From: an uncultured Bacilli bacterium
GTDB lineage: Bacteria > Bacillota_I > Bacilli_A > RF39 > UBA660
Direction of reading: 5' to 3'
Assembly: GCA_934120715.1 (NCBI GenBank)
Contig: CAKOUW010000004.1
Span: 26,781 to 90,780, forward strand
DNA: 64,000 nt
In this document: positions 1 to 10,000 of the stretch, one piece after another
How positions within the stretch are numbered: position 1 is the first letter of the stretch
Layout of the letters: the number at the start of each line of letters is the position of its first letter
Program-made: the position numbers and the translations under genes
Notes under the pieces: model-generated
What the model was told of the DNA's origin: nothing
What the model saw: the letters and a program-made list of their open reading frames with translations, nothing else
Database searches by the model: none

Positions 1-15
1 TTATGAGGTGGTAAA

Positions 16-528
16 ATGAATAAAATTGTTCCTTTAATTAATGAAGATGATATAGCAAAACGTATTAACGAATTAGCTAAACAAATCAGCAATGACTATC
101 AAAATGATGAATTGACTGTTATTTGTATCTTGAAAGGTGCTACCATTTTTACGTGTGACCTAATAAGAAAGCTTAGTATACCTGTTTATTTAGATTTCAT
201 GATTGTTTCTAGTTATGCTGATATGGAGTCTACCGGTAATGTTAAAATTATAAAAGACCTAGATCATTCAATATTTAATAAAAATGTATTAATAATTGAT
301 GATATAATTGATACTGGGAGAACTCTTCAACATCTTGTAAATACTTTGAAAGTTAGGAAACCGAGTTCAATTAAATTGTGTACTTTATTAGATAAACCAG
401 CTAGAAGAGTTAATAACTTAAAAGTTGATTACTTTGGTTTTAAAATTGAAAACGAATTTGTAGTTGGGTATGGCCTTGACTATAATCAAAAGTATAGAAA
501 CTTATCATTTATTGGTAAAGTTGAATAG
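16..528 (+). CDS. hpt: hypoxanthine/guanine phosphoribosyltransferase
   Basis: 170 aa. PRPP-binding loop VLIIDDIIDTGRTL and GYGLDY near the C-terminus are the 6-oxopurine PRTase signature. SD gaggtgg lies upstream of the ATG. Confidence 0.9.
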   Translation: MNKIVPLINEDDIAKRINELAKQISNDYQNDELTVICILKGATIFTCDLIRKLSIPVYLDFMIVSSYADMESTGNVKIIKDLDHSIFNKNVLIIDDIIDTGRTLQHLVNTLKVRKPSSIKLCTLLDKPARRVNNLKVDYFGFKIENEFVVGYGLDYNQKYRNLSFIGKVE

Positions 529-566
529 ATATTGACACAAAATCTGATATTAAATATTAGTTATAT

Positions 567-599
567 AGACAAGTGATATTCATTCATTTGTCTTTTTTA
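567..599 (+). terminator. rho-independent terminator after hpt
   Basis: Stem AGACAAGTGA / TCATTTGTCT (one G-T pair), 7-nt loop, then a T-run. Confidence 0.6.
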
Positions 600-650
600 T
601 AGTTTAATACGCTATGAGGACTGCCTAATATTCAGCAATCAACATAATAT

Positions 651-690
651 ATAAAAAGGAAAAAGTATAATTTTACTTTTCCCTTTTTAT
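651..690 (-). terminator. hairpin terminator after the CofE-like gene (usable on both strands)
   Basis: GGAAAAAGTA / TACTTTTCC stem with one bulge, 5-6 nt loop, A-run on one side and T-run on the other. Sits just past the stop at 694. Confidence 0.5.
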
Positions 691-693
691 TTT

Positions 694-1887
694 TTAGCTA
701 GCATAGTTAGTAAAGTAATCTTGAACTAGAACTACCGGTGTTCCCTTGTCACCACTTCCACTGGTCAAATCACATAATGAACCAATAAGATCGGTGTATC
801 TTCTTGGAGTTGTTCCTTGAGTTTCTATTTTTCCCTTAAGATTGTTATCTTTTTCTTTTATTTCTTTCTTTATTGCTTCTTGGAGTTCTTCCCCTGATAA
901 ATTACTAAATTTATTATCAGATAAATATTTTAATTTTAATTCATTTGGACTGCCCTCTAACCCTTCAGTGTAGAATGGACTAACGACAGGATCTGCCAAT
1001 TCCCATATTTTTCCAACTGGATCTTTAAATGCTCCATCACCATATACCATAACTTCAATTGTTTTGCCAGTTAACTGTTTTAGTTTATCTTGAATATCAT
1101 GTACGAGTTTTGTACCGTTTTCAGGGAATAATTTAACTTTATCCTCTGTTGACCTATTAGAACCTAACAATCCATATTTACTATTATATCCACTATTATT
1201 AACGCTTGTAGTTAAAATATCATCCATACCATATAATTTGTTGGCACCAAGTTTTTTTAATTTCTCCTTAGTTTGCATTCTAGTATGAATATCACAAACT
1301 AAAATGTCCTTTGTATAATTTAGTATTTCCTCTGGCCTATTTGCAAAGACAAATTCTATCTCACAGTTTTCTTTTTCTACAACGTCTCTATAGAAATCAA
1401 CCATATTCACGCCTGTAAATATATGTTTAAAGTCTCCGAACTTTTCTGTATATTCTTCCTCTGTTATTACATCACTATATGGATTAATGCCATATTTTTC
1501 TAGTCTTTCCTTGTCTAGAATATCGTTTCCAACCTCATCTGAAGGATAGCTTAAAAGCATAGTTATTTTTTTTGTGGCTCTGGCAAAGGCTTTTAAGCAT
1601 ACTGCAAATCTGTTTCTACTTAAGATTGGAAAAACAATTCCTATATGATCTGAGTTTAACTTATTTCTGACATCCTGTGCAATGTCATCAACAGTAGCAT
1701 AATTTCCATCACTTATTCCAACTACAGCTTCTGTTATAGCAACTACGTCCTTATCATTGAATTCAAATTTTTCCGATTCACTGGCTTTAATTAATGAATC
1801 AACTACTATGTTGGCAAGATTGTCACCCTCTTTTATAATAGGTGTTCTTATCCCTCTTACAACTGTTCCTACTCTCTTATTATTCAT
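694..1887 (-). CDS. CofE-like (F420-0:gamma-glutamyl ligase family) protein, function in this organism unknown
   Basis: 397 aa. The N-terminus [18 protein letters not shown] resembles the long CofE-like proteins of Firmicutes, recognised from memory only. Confidence 0.4.
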   Translation of the reverse strand: MNNKRVGTVVRGIRTPIIKEGDNLANIVVDSLIKASESEKFEFNDKDVVAITEAVVGISDGNYATVDDIAQDVRNKLNSDHIGIVFPILSRNRFAVCLKAFARATKKITMLLSYPSDEVGNDILDKERLEKYGINPYSDVITEEEYTEKFGDFKHIFTGVNMVDFYRDVVEKENCEIEFVFANRPEEILNYTKDILVCDIHTRMQTKEKLKKLGANKLYGMDDILTTSVNNSGYNSKYGLLGSNRSTEDKVKLFPENGTKLVHDIQDKLKQLTGKTIEVMVYGDGAFKDPVGKIWELADPVVSPFYTEGLEGSPNELKLKYLSDNKFSNLSGEELQEAIKKEIKEKDNNLKGKIETQGTTPRRYTDLIGSLCDLTSGSGDKGTPVVLVQDYFTNYAS

Positions 1888-1954
1888 ATTTAACCTCCTA
1901 TTATATTATATCATTCTTCAAAAAAATATTAAATATTAAGACATAAATTGGACA

Positions 1955-2050
1955 ATTAAAAAAGCAAGCTTTGTGGTGAAGCTGTCAACGAAAGGCATAC
2001 ACTTTTTTGTGTACACTTTTATCTTACAATTTCACTTTGCGGCTTGCTTT
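1955..2050 (-). terminator. long-range hairpin plus U-run after htrA (terminator or small structured RNA)
   Basis: On the minus strand, AAAGCAAGC (starting at the htrA stop codon) pairs with GCTTGCTTT 72 nt downstream, followed by TTTTTAATT. There is an inner GTGAA/TTCAC pairing. Confidence 0.3.
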
Positions 2051-3167
2051 AATTACTTTTTCCTAATTTTACTTCTATTTGTTTTTCTTTTTTGTTGCGT
2101 ATGACAGTTATTTCTATTTTATCGCCTGCTTGATGCTGATATAATTCATATCTTAAATATGCTGAATCTTTAACCTTATTACCATTTATCTTAGTTATAA
2201 CATCACCTTTTTTGATTCCTGAATTAGAAGCAGCTGTATTTTCTGAAATACTTACTACTGCTACTCCTTCTGTAATATCTGACGATAAGATTATTCCATT
2301 TCTATATAAAGTTGAAGTGTCTGTTACATTACACATTCCTATTCCTAATAGAGGCCATTTGATTTTTTCACCCTTTTCTAAAGACGTTAAGTGGTTCATA
2401 GCATATTCTATTGGTATAGCAAAACCCATTCCTTCAATTTCAGCATCAACTAGTTTTAATGAGCAAATTCCAATTACTTCGCCATTTACATTCAAAAGTG
2501 GTCCTCCACTGTTACCTGGATTTATTGAGGCATCTATTTGTAGAACTCTCATTACCCAATCATTGCTAGCAGAATTTGATATATTTACAGCAACCATTCT
2601 ATCTTTTCCAGATAAAATTCCTGAAGTAACACTTCCTCTATAATCTTTTCCCATTGGTGAACCGACTGTAAATACTGTATCGCCAATATTCATTGACTCA
2701 CTTTTTCCGATTGTAGCAATCTGTATTACTTTGGCTTTATCAATTCTTAAAACGGCTAAGTCTAAATACTCATCCCCACCTAGTAGTTTTGCTTCAACAA
2801 CTTCATCATTTGCCATTACTAAATCTATTTTTTCCATTCCTGATATTACGTGTTGATTTGTAAGAACATATCCATATTTATCATCTACTTTGTACACAAA
2901 TCCAGTTCCAGTTGATGATAATTGGTTTTGCTGATATCCTTCCACAACAGCTACTGAATCATAAACCTTCTTAACAGAAGCAGCTAGGCTTGATTTTTCA
3001 TATACTTCTGCTCCTCCTTTGGTAATTACTGTTCCTCCTGTAGTACTTGTAGAAACTATTTCACTTAATAATGGTGTCCATTTAAATAATGATATAGTAA
3101 CTATTCCTCCTACTACAAATGAAAACACGATAATAAAGAACATCTTTACGCTATTATTTTTATTCAT
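2049..3167 (-). CDS. htrA: HtrA/DegP-family serine protease with N-terminal TM anchor and C-terminal PDZ domain
   Basis: Catalytic triad contexts VLTNQHV (His), LDLAVLRI (Asp), NPGNSGGPLLN (Ser). N-terminal hydrophobic helix. PDZ-like tail GDVITKINGNKV. Confidence 0.85.
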   Translation of the reverse strand: MNKNNSVKMFFIIVFSFVVGGIVTISLFKWTPLLSEIVSTSTTGGTVITKGGAEVYEKSSLAASVKKVYDSVAVVEGYQQNQLSSTGTGFVYKVDDKYGYVLTNQHVISGMEKIDLVMANDEVVEAKLLGGDEYLDLAVLRIDKAKVIQIATIGKSESMNIGDTVFTVGSPMGKDYRGSVTSGILSGKDRMVAVNISNSASNDWVMRVLQIDASINPGNSGGPLLNVNGEVIGICSLKLVDAEIEGMGFAIPIEYAMNHLTSLEKGEKIKWPLLGIGMCNVTDTSTLYRNGIILSSDITEGVAVVSISENTAASNSGIKKGDVITKINGNKVKDSAYLRYELYQHQAGDKIEITVIRNKKEKQIEVKLGKSN

Positions 3168-4113
3168 TACTTTCTGTACTCCTTTCTATTTTAGCAAGCT
3201 CTTTCCAATTAAGAGGAAAGCCCATTCTATGTAATACTTTTTCTATATTTATAGTTTTTAAATTATAATTTAGAGTCTGAATAACATTTTCTAGTTCCAG
3301 TGTCATATTTTTAAAATCTTCTTTGAGTAGCATTTGTTTCATTATTATGAGAAGAGCAAATAAATCATTTTTCCCATAAATATATTCATTGTTTTCTTTT
3401 GGAACATCTAATAATTTATGATAAATTGTATCATTAATGCATGTTTGTGTTTTGTTTTCATACAATATATCTTCATGTGCACATAAGTTTCTATAATTGG
3501 CAAGAATTGGCAAATATACAATTAAGTTTTCACTATCTATGCCGTATACTTCACTAATTGCATGCTGATCTTCGGGCTTTAGAATAGAAACCATTTCACA
3601 TACAATTCCAAATGATAGAACTTTTACTAAAATCCAAAGCGGAATGTATCCATAATTTGACGCATAGTGATATGTAGCTGAGTGCTGTGAACCATTTACT
3701 CTTACCTGTCTATTCATTTTCTTTATTAAATCATTAACTTGCCTTTGTTTGTCAGGCCTTTGCGTAAAGTTTTTGGCTTTTAAATAATCACTTTCTCTAT
3801 AACCATATTTTTTCGATAATTGATATGAAGTAATAGATTTTAAGTTGTTTTCAATTACTAATAAATACTTAAATAAGACATTTCTAAATGATCTATCAAA
3901 TAAAAACAGACTATATAATTCTTCAAATGTAGTTCCTTTGATATATGTTTTATCTGTTGGTGATTTTAAGAATAGGTGCCTATAACCACTTATAAAAAAA
4001 TAATTTTCTCTTAGTAGAACTCTTTTAGCATAAGTTTCATCACATATTATTAGGCCTTTTCGTTTAAAAATTTCGATTTGTTCATCTAAGTTTTTGAACT
4101 TCTTTTCTATCAT
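3160..4113 (-). CDS. Abi_2 (AbiD/AbiF-like) abortive-infection family protein
   Basis: 317 aa. The N-terminus LDEQIEIFKRKGLIICDETYAKRVLLRENYFFISGYRHLF matches the Abi_2 family opening as remembered. The stop overlaps the htrA start by 8 nt (ATGAATAA). Confidence 0.5.
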   Translation of the reverse strand: MIEKKFKNLDEQIEIFKRKGLIICDETYAKRVLLRENYFFISGYRHLFLKSPTDKTYIKGTTFEELYSLFLFDRSFRNVLFKYLLVIENNLKSITSYQLSKKYGYRESDYLKAKNFTQRPDKQRQVNDLIKKMNRQVRVNGSQHSATYHYASNYGYIPLWILVKVLSFGIVCEMVSILKPEDQHAISEVYGIDSENLIVYLPILANYRNLCAHEDILYENKTQTCINDTIYHKLLDVPKENNEYIYGKNDLFALLIIMKQMLLKEDFKNMTLELENVIQTLNYNLKTINIEKVLHRMGFPLNWKELAKIERSTESNE

Positions 4114-4221
4114 ATTATCACCTATTATAGATTATATCATATAATTAATTAAAAGTATGAAACTTTTTAAATATTATGATATAATTGGTTTAGTTTTAAT
4201 GTTTCGAGGGGGGACTGTTTT

Positions 4222-5193
4222 ATGCCAGCTACAATTGTTCATTCTTATTTTGCTAAAGACACTTTGGAAATATTACCTAGTTCAATAGTCAGCATGGTCG
4301 ATGATAGTAGAGTTAGAATGTTTTCTCAAAGTACGGATTCTTTGATGTTTTATAATTTATTCAGTCCTTTGCCAGGAAAAAAGATTAGAAAATTTACTGA
4401 TTATTTTCATCGTAATAAAACTCAACAATACTTTGTTAATTTAATTAACTATATTAAAAATAATGACTTGATTAATGATACTGATGTAGCGTCTTTTTTG
4501 GTAGGTTCAATTTGTCACTACGTATTAGATTCAACTGTTCATCCATTTATTGTCTATAAAACTGGAGTATTTGATAAAAAGCAGAAAAATACTTATAAAT
4601 ATAATAATATACATACATTTATGGAAACATTTTTAGATAATGATATGGTAGCAAGACGTGAAGATATAAACCCATACCGTTTTAAGATGGGGAGTTTTTG
4701 TTTTAATACACATAAGTTTTCAGAAAAATTAGATGATTGTCTTGATCATACTTTTTATGATACTTTTCAAATAAAAAATATGAGTAAAATATATTATAAA
4801 TCATTAAAGCAAATGAAAAGTTCTTTAGTAGTTTTCAGAAGAGATCCTGTAGGATTTAAAAAATTCTTTTATAAATTAGCTGATACTTTTACAACAAAAA
4901 AAGTTTTTAGATTTGAAGCTATAAGTTATCATTATCCCTTAGAAGATAAACATAATTTTTTAAATTTAAATCATCAATTATGGCGTAATCCAGTTATTTA
5001 TAATATTACTAGTAATGAATCATTTTTAGATTTATATTTAAAAGCTCTTAAAATAGCAAAAGTGTTAATTTGTGCCAGTTTTGATTACATAAATGGAAAA
5101 AATATTGAATTAGAGAAAATATATACAAATATAAGTTATGTTACTGGGTTGAATTGTGACATAGAAAAAGAAATTAAATATTTTGAATTTTAA
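4222..5193 (+). CDS. zinc-dependent phospholipase C-like family protein (cytoplasmic, function unknown)
   Basis: 323 aa. N-terminus MPATIVHSYFAKD and internal His-rich blocks (CHYVLDSTVHP) resemble the Zn_dep_PLPC-like family. No signal peptide. Confidence 0.35.
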   Translation: MPATIVHSYFAKDTLEILPSSIVSMVDDSRVRMFSQSTDSLMFYNLFSPLPGKKIRKFTDYFHRNKTQQYFVNLINYIKNNDLINDTDVASFLVGSICHYVLDSTVHPFIVYKTGVFDKKQKNTYKYNNIHTFMETFLDNDMVARREDINPYRFKMGSFCFNTHKFSEKLDDCLDHTFYDTFQIKNMSKIYYKSLKQMKSSLVVFRRDPVGFKKFFYKLADTFTTKKVFRFEAISYHYPLEDKHNFLNLNHQLWRNPVIYNITSNESFLDLYLKALKIAKVLICASFDYINGKNIELEKIYTNISYVTGLNCDIEKEIKYFEF

Positions 5194-5241
5194 CTTTGTA
5201 TATTTTAAAAAAAATAAAACATACTATTGTTAGGTGATAGT

Positions 5242-6312
5242 ATGTTTTATAAGTATGAAATTAAAAATAATGGTATAGAAGATATATTATATCTTTATCT
5301 GACTATGTCATATGAATTTTCTAAAGAAATAGGTCTTAATTCTAATGATAGGGAGTTAAGTAGAAGAACAAAGAACTTTATTAAGAGTAATAATATTAAT
5401 TTTAATGGTAAAAAGGTATTTTTAGTTATAGATGGCATTGTGGTTAAAAGTTTGGATGTAAATAGTCTTGATAGTGATATAGAGGTTTTAAAGAGTGATT
5501 TATATTATTCTAATGATTTCTTTTTTGTTAATATAAAATTAGATGATGGATCTTTTATTGAGGTAAATTTGCGTGACTGTCTTCTAGGAATGCTAGCAAC
5601 TAATATTGATAATACTATAGAAATAGAAGCTTTGAAGGCAGTATGTATATTATATCGCAGTTATATATTTAAGGAAATGAATGAAAAGAATTGTGTTGTT
5701 GCGACTAATGACTTTTCAATATATAAACCTATATCGTACTATAAATTGTCATGGATTGATAACTACCAGGATATTATTGATAAATTTTCTAAGGCCATTA
5801 CAGAAACTGATTGTCTTTTTATAACTTATGATAATCATTATATTACGCCATTTATTCATTACTGCAATTATGGAAAAACCTTGGATAATAAAGAGCATTC
5901 TTATTTATCAAGTGTATCTAGTCTATGGGATCTAGCTTGTCCTTATTATATTTCTGTAAAAGACTTTAAGTATAATGAAATTAGTAGATTACTTAATATA
6001 GATATAACTAATAATACTGATATTAATATTTTAGAGATTGATGATGATAATTTATTAAATAAAATTGAAATTAATAATCGTATTTTTACTGGTGATATTA
6101 TCATGAATAAGTTAAATCTTAATTCTAAAAATATTAGTATTATATTTAATAGGGATTTCGTTCGTTTTATCTGCAGAGGATATGGTAATTTCTTTGGACT
6201 TAGTATATTTGGAGCTAATGAGCTTGCTAAAAACGGATGTGATTTTGCTAATATAATAAAATATTATTTTCCTAAAGTTACTATAAATAAGTATATAAAA
6301 GAGCTTTCATAA
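5242..6312 (+). CDS. SpoIID/LytB-domain protein
   Basis: The block VNLRDCLLGMLATNIDNTIEIEALKAVCILYRSYIF parallels the SpoIID motif (EALKAQAVAARTY). Start moved from TTG 5227 to ATG 5242, which is preceded by aggtga. Confidence 0.4.
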   Translation: MFYKYEIKNNGIEDILYLYLTMSYEFSKEIGLNSNDRELSRRTKNFIKSNNINFNGKKVFLVIDGIVVKSLDVNSLDSDIEVLKSDLYYSNDFFFVNIKLDDGSFIEVNLRDCLLGMLATNIDNTIEIEALKAVCILYRSYIFKEMNEKNCVVATNDFSIYKPISYYKLSWIDNYQDIIDKFSKAITETDCLFITYDNHYITPFIHYCNYGKTLDNKEHSYLSSVSSLWDLACPYYISVKDFKYNEISRLLNIDITNNTDINILEIDDDNLLNKIEINNRIFTGDIIMNKLNLNSKNISIIFNRDFVRFICRGYGNFFGLSIFGANELAKNGCDFANIIKYYFPKVTINKYIKELS

Positions 6313-6320
6313 TGAAAGCT

Positions 6321-6530
6321 CTATTTAATTAAATCCTTTAACACTTGATCCGCAGCGTTATTAAGCTCAACTAAATTTTCTAGGTATTTATGATATGATT
6401 CTACACTTGATGTGAAGTCTTCTAATTGAGAGGATCCTTTACTTTTTATTAATGCTTTTATTGTTTCATTGTTGTTTTTTATTTCTTCTGATATTTTTAA
6501 TATTTCATCATATGGTATATTATTAATCAT
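6321..6530 (-). CDS. 69-aa helix-loop-helix protein, T7SS-associated by position
   Basis: Last gene of the essC unit. Overlaps the preceding 67-aa ORF by 8 nt. Predicted two helices separated by KSKGSSQ. No WXG motif. Confidence 0.5.
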   Translation of the reverse strand: MINNIPYDEILKISEEIKNNNETIKALIKSKGSSQLEDFTSSVESYHKYLENLVELNNAADQVLKDLIK

Positions 6531-6726
6531 TTCCTAAGGCCTCCACTTCACTGTTTTCTACCTTTTGATTGGAAAATAGACTAGCGTTGGTAATTACTAC
6601 TTGTTTATATTGTTCTATATTTTCTATTAAAGATAAATTATCTTGATCTGGCAGCACTTGTTTCATCCTATTAATGATTTCAAATATTTTATTTACTGAT
6701 TGTACATATTGTTCATACTCAGACAT
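6523..6726 (-). CDS. 67-aa helix-loop-helix protein, T7SS-associated by position
   Basis: Two predicted helices separated by LPDQDN, acidic C-terminal tail. Lies 10 nt downstream of the YukD-like gene. No WXG motif. Confidence 0.5.
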   Translation of the reverse strand: MSEYEQYVQSVNKIFEIINRMKQVLPDQDNLSLIENIEQYKQVVITNASLFSNQKVENSEVEALGND

Positions 6727-6736
6727 ATTATCTCTC

Positions 6737-6994
6737 CTATATCAATATTATTTTAGAGCCATTTTGTAAGTCAGTATTTCTTACTGTTTGATTAATATCA
6801 TAAATTATACCTGTATCTTTACTATAAAAATTGGTTTCTTTGGTTGGTGTATAGATATTGTCAGTTAGTTCACTTAAGCCCTTTTCTATTAATGACTTTA
6901 CTGTTCCTACTGTTTTGTTAATTGGTATATATACATCATAAGATTTTTCAATTAATGGAACATATAATCTTATTAAAATTTTATTTTTATTCAT
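6737..6994 (-). CDS. esaB: YukD/EsaB-like ubiquitin-fold T7SS protein
   Basis: 85 aa. Pattern SYDVYIPINKTVGTVKSLI ... DLQNGSKIILI matches the beta-grasp YukD family. Lies 9 nt downstream of essC. Confidence 0.65.
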   Translation of the reverse strand: MNKNKILIRLYVPLIEKSYDVYIPINKTVGTVKSLIEKGLSELTDNIYTPTKETNFYSKDTGIIYDINQTVRNTDLQNGSKIILI

Positions 6995-7003
6995 ATTTTT
7001 CTC

Positions 7004-10000
7004 CTATTCTTCTGTCATTATTTTAATAAGCTTAGCTTTTCCTTTTTCAATTATATATCCAAATCCTGGAGCAATTTCTACTCTTAAAGTTCTTGGATTA
7101 TTATTTACTTTTATAGTAAATTGACTATCAATTCCATTTCCTAACCAAATTGCTTCTGCCAAATCACTGCCTTTTTTGAACCATGAGTCATAATTAATAG
7201 TTTTTAAATTATTGATAGTATCAGCAACAATGATTTTAGCATTTGGTATTTTTTGTAGCTCTTCTAATAATGTTTCTATTTTTGTTTTATCTGTTGCAGA
7301 TAATTTAGAGAATAGTGAATTTACTCCTAGAATAATACAAACTAAGTTACTGCTTTGATTTGAATCTTTATATTTATTTAATGCTTCTATACCAAGTTCA
7401 CAGGAATCTTTATCATAAAGTAAATTATTGTTACTAGAAATTTCTAATATGCCAGAGGCATCTAATACTACACAGTTTGTGTTTGGTATATGTGTAATCA
7501 TTTTTGCTAACATTTCGAAGAATTTTGGTTCTGACGAAATATCTTCACCTGTTATATTATATATTCCTGTTTTTAAATTGATGGTTGCTACTTGTAAGTC
7601 ATCTTTGGCTATACCAACTGGAATTGATTGTATTCCATTAAGCTCTGGTAAAAGTGATGATAACATTACTTCTTGTGGTAATACTGGTACTTTTGGAGCT
7701 CTAGTATCACACATTGTATTTAGCTTATTACAGATTACTTTAATGTAATCTGACATCTTTTCTTCTTTATATGGATATGGGGTTTGAAATTCATATATAC
7801 CATCTAGATCTATCAATCCTCTACCATATTCTTTAGATGGCTCTTTTTTTCTTACACCTGGTAAAATAGCACTATAATCTGATGGATCATTGAATTGTAG
7901 AACAATATTTTGACGGAAGTTCTGTCTTAATCTATACCTTACTGTATTTGCTCCATTTGTTGATAATATGAATACAATTCCATATTTTAAGCAATCCCTG
8001 GTTATTTGACCTATGATGTCTTCATAAGCTTCATAGGTATCAAAAAAGCCTTCAATATTATTAATTATTACACAGATCATAGGTATTTGTTTACCACCAT
8101 GATTAATATAGAAATCATATGAACCATTGTAGTCTACAAATATTTTCTTTCTTTCCTCTATTGTTTGAAGAATGATTTTAAATAATTTTTCTATTTTTTC
8201 ACTATCGGCTGATAATAGTACATCGCCTACTTGTGGAGCATTTTTAAACATTTTTAGTGTTTCAGAACCAAAATCTAAAATGTAAAAATTTATTTCTCTA
8301 GGACTGTGAGTAGTTATTAGTGAATAAATAATCGTCGTTAGAATTAAGTTTTTACCACTACCTGCAGAACCAAATATAATCGTATTTCCATCTTCTGATA
8401 GAGGTAATGTTAGAATACCTTGTCTTTGATTATCTGGATCATCGTATTCTCCTATTATAGGGTTAAGAACATTTTTCTTAGCTACATAATTATATTTTCT
8501 TTTTAGTTCCTCAACATATATTACACTTGGGATTTTATCTAACCATAGTTTATCAATTACTATATTTTCTTGTTTTGCTTCTTTTATAATATAATTAACT
8601 ATATTAGTAATTTCTTCACCTTTTGATTCAATCTTTATACTTTTATCTTCAGTATCAAGTGCTTTGATTATATTTCCTGTTGAATCTATAAAATTAAGTG
8701 ATTGATCAACTTTCTTTTTTCTTTTTTCGGTTGGATAATATTGAGCGCCAGCCCAAGCTGCTTGTCCCATGGCAAATAATTCATTATAACCAACTTGTAG
8801 ATAAAAGCGTCCCGGATTTTTTAATTCTGCAGCATCAGGACATTTTATCATATCCATACTGTCTGATTTATCTTGTACTTTTAAACAAACTCTAAATTTA
8901 GCATTTGACCATATTTGATCATTGACAACACCAGATGGTTTTTGTGTTGCTAAAATCAAGTGAACTCCAAGTGAACGACCTATACGAGCAGTTGATATTA
9001 ATTGCTCCATAAATTCTGGACGTTGATCTTTTAGTTCTGCAAACTCATCACTTATTATAAATAAGTGCGAAATAGGAACATCAACTTTTCCTTTTCTATA
9101 CAAACTTTGGTACTTATAAATATCTATTGTACTTTCATTTAATTTGTCTCTAGCTTCATTAAACATACGTTGTCTTTTTCTTAACTCACTTTGAATTGAT
9201 GCTAGCGATCTATTCATTTCAACTGTATCAAGGTTTGTAATTGTACCGGCAATATGTGGCAATTTCATCCCAGTTTCCTTATTTTCAAATGCTCCGGTTA
9301 GACCTCCACCTTTGTAGTCGATTAAAACAAATGATACTTCATATGGATGGTAGTTTAGGGCCATTGATAAAATATAACTTATTATAAACTCTGATTTACC
9401 AGAACCAGTCATACCTGCAATTAAGCCATGTGGGCCATGATATTTTTCATGGAGATCCAATTTAAACAATTCTTGGTTTTTATCTACTCCTACTGGAGCT
9501 TGTAGAGACTGAGTTGGGTCATTAGTTTTCCACCTATTAAGTATATTTAGTTGTTCTACCATACCTACATTATACATTTCTAAGAAAGTTAGGCTACCAG
9601 GTAGTTTTCTGGATTCTTTGGCAATATCAATTGGTATATTAGCTAGTATTTTACAGCAATTATATATATTTATATTAGGATCATAGTCTGCAATAAATTC
9701 TTTCTGCTTATTAGATACTAATTCATTTTCAAATACACCAGATTTTTTTTCTCCAATACTAATAAATGTTTTACATTCATTTGGTATATTTATTAATCGT
9801 GGACTTATTACTATTAAACTGTATCCAACATTGATTGACATTTCAGCTATGTCTTTTACAATTTCTACATCCCTTATTGATTTATAATCATCAGTAATTA
9901 GTACATAATAAGGTTTATATTTTCTGTAATCTTCTGTATTTAGTTCCCTTGGACCGCTAACATCTTTATACTTTCTTGTCTGTAATTCTTGTTCTAGGGC

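Noticed and set aside
1757-3234. Plus-strand ORFs 1757-1939, 2212-2643 and 3019-3234
   Set aside because: They lie antisense to the CofE-like, htrA and Abi-like genes, with no ribosome-binding sites or recognisable motifs.
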